From NCBI GenBank assembly GCA_040954595.2, contig CM082578.2, forward strand, positions 8,541,519 through 8,605,518: a stretch of DNA of 64,000 bases, in the 5' to 3' direction. The first letter of the stretch is position 1. The number at the start of each line of letters is the position of its first letter. The translations under genes were made by a program, and so were the position numbers. Source of the DNA: Balanoglossus misakiensis (Eukaryota; Animalia; Hemichordata). The notes below the pieces were generated by a model, which saw nothing but the letters and a program-made list of their open reading frames with translations, was not told where the DNA came from and ran no database searches. Positions 58,433 through 64,000 of this stretch are shown piece by piece.

Positions 58433-60873
58433 ATAACAATTATGTACCAACTTTCAAGTGACTTCCAGATATTTTCATACTCGTGCAGGCATTTGGAAGA
58501 AAAAAATGTAAATGCACGCAAGACATTTTTTCAACAAGCCAAAATGGAGTCTGCAGGAAAATGATCAAAGGAAAAAGCAAAAATGAAAACCACCTGTTGA
58601 TCATGTGACCAGCCAAGATTGTGTATTGTAGTTAATGTGTCAGGTTCACCAAATCATGTGTGTGCATTAGTCTGGTTATAAATGAGCTTTTAATGTGCCA
58701 TAACATTTTAGACAGACATAAAAAGCCTGAAGAAATTTTTTTGAATGCCCTTCTGTTTATGCATATACATGTACACTGAAGTTACCCACCATGGGTGAAA
58801 ATTTGAGCTGCGCACAAACATCTGCCCTCTGGATGGCAGCATGTAGACTTCAAAAGTAGCTGTAAAGCAACTTAATTGCACTATGTTGGCGAACGCTGTC
58901 GAATGTACCAGACTGTAACTATAGCAGCTGGAATTGACGTCTCAGTCTCTGCCCCAACTTCATGTGCACCTGCTTGTAGAGCTTTGATTACAAGCACATT
59001 GAACATCCAGGGAAAATCCGTGGAATTTCTGTGGTTATCGTACGTAGCATACAAGTTACATTTCTGCATACTGCCATTTTCATTTTCACATATACCCACA
59101 CCCTTGTCTTTCCCATTCCACTATGTACAGAAATAATTGCCCCCCAAAAATAGAAACCTAAGACATTTTCTCGTTTTAATACGTACATGTATGTTCCACT
59201 TGAACCATACACGTCAGTTCGCCTGCCTCCCTTGTAGGTAATACACAAGGCCGAGTAAAGTTGTTCCCCAGAGGACGGAACTTGTAAAGAGGCACATTTC
59301 CCAAGAGCCTACCCAGCAAGATAGACATAAATTGAACCAAACATTTGGGAAATTTACAGATAATGTTTGTAATGGGGTACTTGTGGCGTTTGCTTGTGTT
59401 GGCCGATTTCCCCCTCCCACTCATCATGCATCGAGGGCTGGGTTGTCATTTGGAACACGCACGTTTTAATTGGAATGAATAACGGCACTGCAGGATTGAC
59501 AGGACAGGACCAGCTGTGACTCTGCAGTGCAAAATGTGGGCTGTTCGCTGGGGATGCCTTTGCTCCACTGAGGACACATCGGTTCCCCCGACTGTTGTGG
59601 AAATGCATGCCTGCTGAAATTAGACATCAACTCCAAACCCAGGAAAGCTGTTTCGGGTTATATAGAATTCTGGTATGCTCATAGCAGAACATGCATCCCC
59701 TCAATCTCACATCTTGGGGAGAAATTAAAAAAAAACAAGTTCACTGAAGCATAAAAATATGAAACTCCTGACCCCACACCAAATCCTAAATGTTAACATT
59801 TGCACATTTAATTAAAGGTAAATTAAAGGCACTTTTCAAGATAGAACAATTTCCTCCTCATAAGATACTTTTGATATTAAACTCAGAAATCAACAACACA
59901 TTAAAATTCATGGGGGTCACCACAAAACATGTGCATTAATTTTCAAGTCATGGAGGATCAGGAATATTGATTTAGCCTCAGCATTACCTCAGAGTCACCA
60001 TCAATCATAGCTGGAGTGTTATGACAGCTAACATCTTCATAGCCGACTAGAATACCGCATGCTTATACTGGATTAGTTGACAATTCATGGGTAAAATATC
60101 AATATTTAAAATTTACATATCAAGTTTATGCATGAGTGAAGACTTGCGCCTTCACTGCACTTTTTCACGAGGCTCCCTTTCCATAGCTCTGTGAAAAAAA
60201 ATTATCAAACTTTCAGACAAATTTTTTAAAAGCAATACGAAGGGACATGTTGGCAACGTTTTTATATTGCTGTGCTTGACAAATATTGCTATTCAATTGG
60301 ACTTTTTTATTGTTGATGTTTTGAAAATATTCAAATATCACAATTCTGTCAATTTTCAGTTTTGGTAGATCACACAAAATTTCTGAAAATTTGCTACCGT
60401 TTATGTCTCAAAGAAAAATTATCCCTTCCCTGACCAATCAACCCATAGGCCCTACATAAAAAAAAAAATGAGCAAGCAATATTTACAATCATGTGAATTG
60501 ATCTAAGCAAAAAAAATTGATGCGACGAAACATTTTTCTCGAATGGCCAGCTGATTGTCCACGCTTCGGTGACTCGCTTCATCACGAATCCTAACCCCCT
60601 TTAGAGAGCACACACAACTTCTGTTCACAGATGCGTTGCAGTTTTTGGAATTCGAGCCGACAGATCCGACTGACCGCGACGTTTTGGAAACGCGCAACAA
60701 GATGGCTACGAACCACCGCCCCACAATTATCAGTGGGGCCGCACGACTTAATGATACAATTTTAGGAAGCAAACTGAGTGTAAACATGACTCGACTCTGG
60801 GTTGGCAGGTCAAGCGGGATGCCACGCGAGCCTCATCAGCTCTATTGAGCGAGGCGGCGCACCTGACCAGACA

Positions 60874-60910
60874 GTGTGTGCATGCGTGTGCGTGTGTGTG
60901 TGTGTGTGTG
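60874..60910 (+). repeat. (TG)n microsatellite
   Basis: gtgtgtgcatgcgtgtgcgtgtgtgtgtgtgtgtgtg. Confidence 0.85.
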
Positions 60911-63900
60911 AAAACAATGAACGGAAACAGACTGCCAACAGATTTCTACACATTCAATATTTATTCCAATCAAATACATTCTACTGGTATTATGACAAAA
61001 ATAAGACAAATCGTAACAACATATTAAAATAAAGCGGTATTTACCAGAGTGGAATGATTTGATTTGATGTCTCAGGAAGTGCAGAGGTTGTAAAGGTATT
61101 GAAGGTAAAGTCTTATTAATCTGTGACAGACAGGTGATGTACAAGAACAGCTCATTCAGAGAGTCTACAATGTGGTGTTTTTGTTGGACACCAGATGTTG
61201 CATCTAAACTGTACAGGGTTCACGTTGCCTCTTCAATTTCCCCCTAGTGTCAACTTTCTTTACTGAACACTTATCTCCGGGCAACAACTCGCAACGAAGA
61301 CTTTGTGATGTCATCCACCACGTTATGATAATCACGCCATTTCATGACATGGTCTTACTTTGAGACTGAAATTAGGAGTGCTTGTCCAGAGGATGAAGCG
61401 GGGGGTAATTGAACTGACGAGAACCACGCAACTTTTAAACGCAGGCTTTCACGTTAGAATTTGTAGAGGATGAAAATAAAGAGTGCCAGTGCTTAGACAG
61501 GTGGAAAAAACTAGTTCTATTTCAGTCTGAATTGACAGTCTAGACGCAGCTGCTGCCAAAGTTTTATTTTGACTGGCAGAGGTGGAGGTTCTTGAGACAG
61601 ATCAGTTCTCTACACTGCCAAACTGACATTTAGACGTCTGAAAGGCCAAACACCGTGAAAGCTGTTTTTACCGTCAAACCCCCAAATCATGGCACTGCAA
61701 AGCTTTTTAGGCGCACATAATGACTGGTTAGAATGTAAAGTGCCGGCCTTGATGCACAAATAGAAACACAAGATTCTGACAAAATTAATTCAAGCTCTTT
61801 TCCTTTTCGATAAATCTGCAGCCGCTCGAGGACATTGGAACGAACCGCTCTAAATTTGACGCTGTCGCTCTGGAAATGGTTTCTACAAGACCCCAAATTA
61901 CGCCACGCTACATTGGAATTACTTTGAAGTGACGATGTTCGATTGGAGCGAGCCAAAAAACTCACTGGCCACAATCAATGATGGTGGCAAGCTTTTACCG
62001 ACCATTAGGCGCTGGCACTTGTCAGACTCAAAAGCAATCTGCATAATTTGAGTCCGTGGTTCCCGTAATTCGTGAAGTCCGACTTCAATTAGGGACAACT
62101 CCGGCATTCCAAAGTGGTGCACAAAGTTGTTGCGATTCTGGCAAGAAAACGTTGACAGTTTCTACGTTTTGGTACTTTTGGAAACTACGCGTACATGTGT
62201 ATGTGTGTGACACCACAGCTTTTTTAGAAAGTGGCAAAACCAAACAGAAAGTCGGTTGAGTGTTCTGGCCGATTTTACACTTTAAAACAGTGTTCCCAGA
62301 CTCGACATAAAGCACAGAACACCCAACCTGCATTTCTGAAGAAATATTAATGTGCACATTATGAAAAATTCAGTTTATGAGTCAATAATTTGAACTTTTT
62401 TCAACTTGTACTAGAACATCTTAAAAGTTTGATAACAGATCTGCTTTAAATATTACCAGTAGACAAAACAACTTTGAAACCCAGATAAAGTAGTTTTCAC
62501 TGAACAAGAGATATTGGTGGCCAGATGAGAGAATGATTCAAAAATGTGTCGGAGTTTGCCTCCCTTCAAAGAAAACCTGACAAAGCTTTCAAGGTCAGAG
62601 TTCACGAAGATTATGTTATCCACTTTACAATTACAAAGAGGCTTAATACAGAAGATTTAGCAATCAGTCATGTATGCACTTCTGGTGAGAAAAAAAAAGT
62701 ACGAGTTAATTCACCAATTCGCAATTTCACACCCTGATTTTTTTTTTCTTTCAAAAAGTGGCATATTGTCAAATATCAAACACAAAATCCAACAACAGCA
62801 CCGACTAATAATTGAAACCTGTCGTGTGTAGAATACACTTGGTAATGAACTCAATGATATGGAGCACCTGAGTTGAAAAGTTTACAGTTGATTTTTTTTT
62901 TTAGTCCTGTGAAAGAAATCCAACATCTGATCTGCACCAGCTATCACACATAAACCACGCTTACAGTGTAAGAAACAAAAAAACTGTGTACAAAATGTCT
63001 ATCAAATTGTGATTTCAAATACTAAATAGAAACTATTTCGTCTAATACTTTCAATATACAATCCTTAAATCTGTATAAAACACTAAAATGATATAACTTA
63101 CTGTAAATTCATGTACCACAATTGCAACAAAATAACCATATCTGATCATTTTTTTAATACTGTTCTAATAAAGCCTAGATATGCAAATCCAAGAAAATGG
63201 AAGGAGAAAACTCGAACGCACGAATGTTTACGCTACTTGGATGGTGTCAAGGAATATGGAGGTCTGTGTCTTCACAGAATGATGTCAAACTATTTCAGAA
63301 GCTTATACTGGATGCAGTTTACTTTCACCGCCATCAAGTGCCATTGTATACACCACAAGGCGACTTAACTTCTGTTTTAATATGACATCACCTCCACACG
63401 TATTCGTACCTCCATCAGAATGAAAACACCTGCCTAGGACCCTATACACACATTAATTATCAACATTTCAGGACACAGGTCTCAATCGCTCCATCTATGT
63501 ATTCTTCTAATTTATGGCCTCATAAACCAACAACAATATTCAAGATAAAATCACCACGACTCCTTCATAAAATATTGCTAGCACACGTTTACACAAAAAT
63601 AAAGAACGGAGGTGAATTTCAAGAAAGCCACGATGTAAACTAGAGACACATCGCCGAAGTAAAAAAAAGAAAAGTGACCGGGATTCTTGAATTCACTTGA
63701 TTACAGGACCAACTGACAAACTGTTCACAAGAGCAGGAAAGATTTACAGTAGTTAGAGGAAAAAGCGGGATTGATTGATAAGAAAGAAGAAGAAGAAAAA
63801 AACCCAGCCGCCTGAAGAATTCACTTGGATGCCTACAGATGACAATGTGAATGCCACCGGGCAAACAGACACACCTTGCGCATGTTCAATTTAATTGACA

Positions 63901-64000
63901 GCGGTGTTGTGTGTCAGGCAGCCACAAATTGATGGCTAGACAATGCCAGTTCAGGGCCATTTTCTACGTAAACAGACAGCGGCGGACGACACAGCATCAT

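Noticed and set aside
60590-60700. CCTAACCC followed by a U-tract, a possible telomerase RNA template
   Set aside because: I could not build the pseudoknot (P2b/P3), CR4/5 or an H/ACA 3' end.
60790-60860. Minus-strand CTGATGAG resembling a hammerhead ribozyme core
   Set aside because: No GAAA follows a stem II, and no stem III or cleavage triplet can be assembled.
61687-62357. Overlapping 60-95 aa ORFs in a CpG-containing patch
   Set aside because: No recognisable homology or splice-phase support; probably a repeat remnant or regulatory DNA.

Overview
Eukaryotic (animal) genomic DNA, most likely an invertebrate deuterostome. That taxonomic guess is an inference from the vertebrate-like protein sequences and the compact GT-AG introns. 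The first third (1-~21.5 kb) is the edge of a very homogeneous 88-bp AT-rich satellite array of about 241 copies. It ends in degenerate monomers followed by three inverted, near-palindromic monomers. A 4-5 kb junction zone follows, with a 128-bp tandem repeat, duplicated exon/intron-like modules with no coherent ORF, CTCF-like motifs and a promoter-like cluster. Four intron-containing genes can then be spliced by hand: a 30-exon sulfonylurea-receptor-type ABC transporter (ABCC8/9-like, +, 1570 aa), a 2-exon USP deubiquitinase with an N-terminal hydrophobic anchor (+, 683 aa), KLHL12 (-, 10 coding exons, 573 aa) and a TMEM116-like 7TM protein (+, 11 exons, 345 aa) head-to-head with KLHL12. The last ~6 kb is non-coding apart from an orphan promoter-like island. 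The most unusual parts are the satellite boundary architecture, the candidate modular spliced non-coding locus beside it, and the membrane-anchored USP. Coordinates were counted manually and may be off by a few bases.
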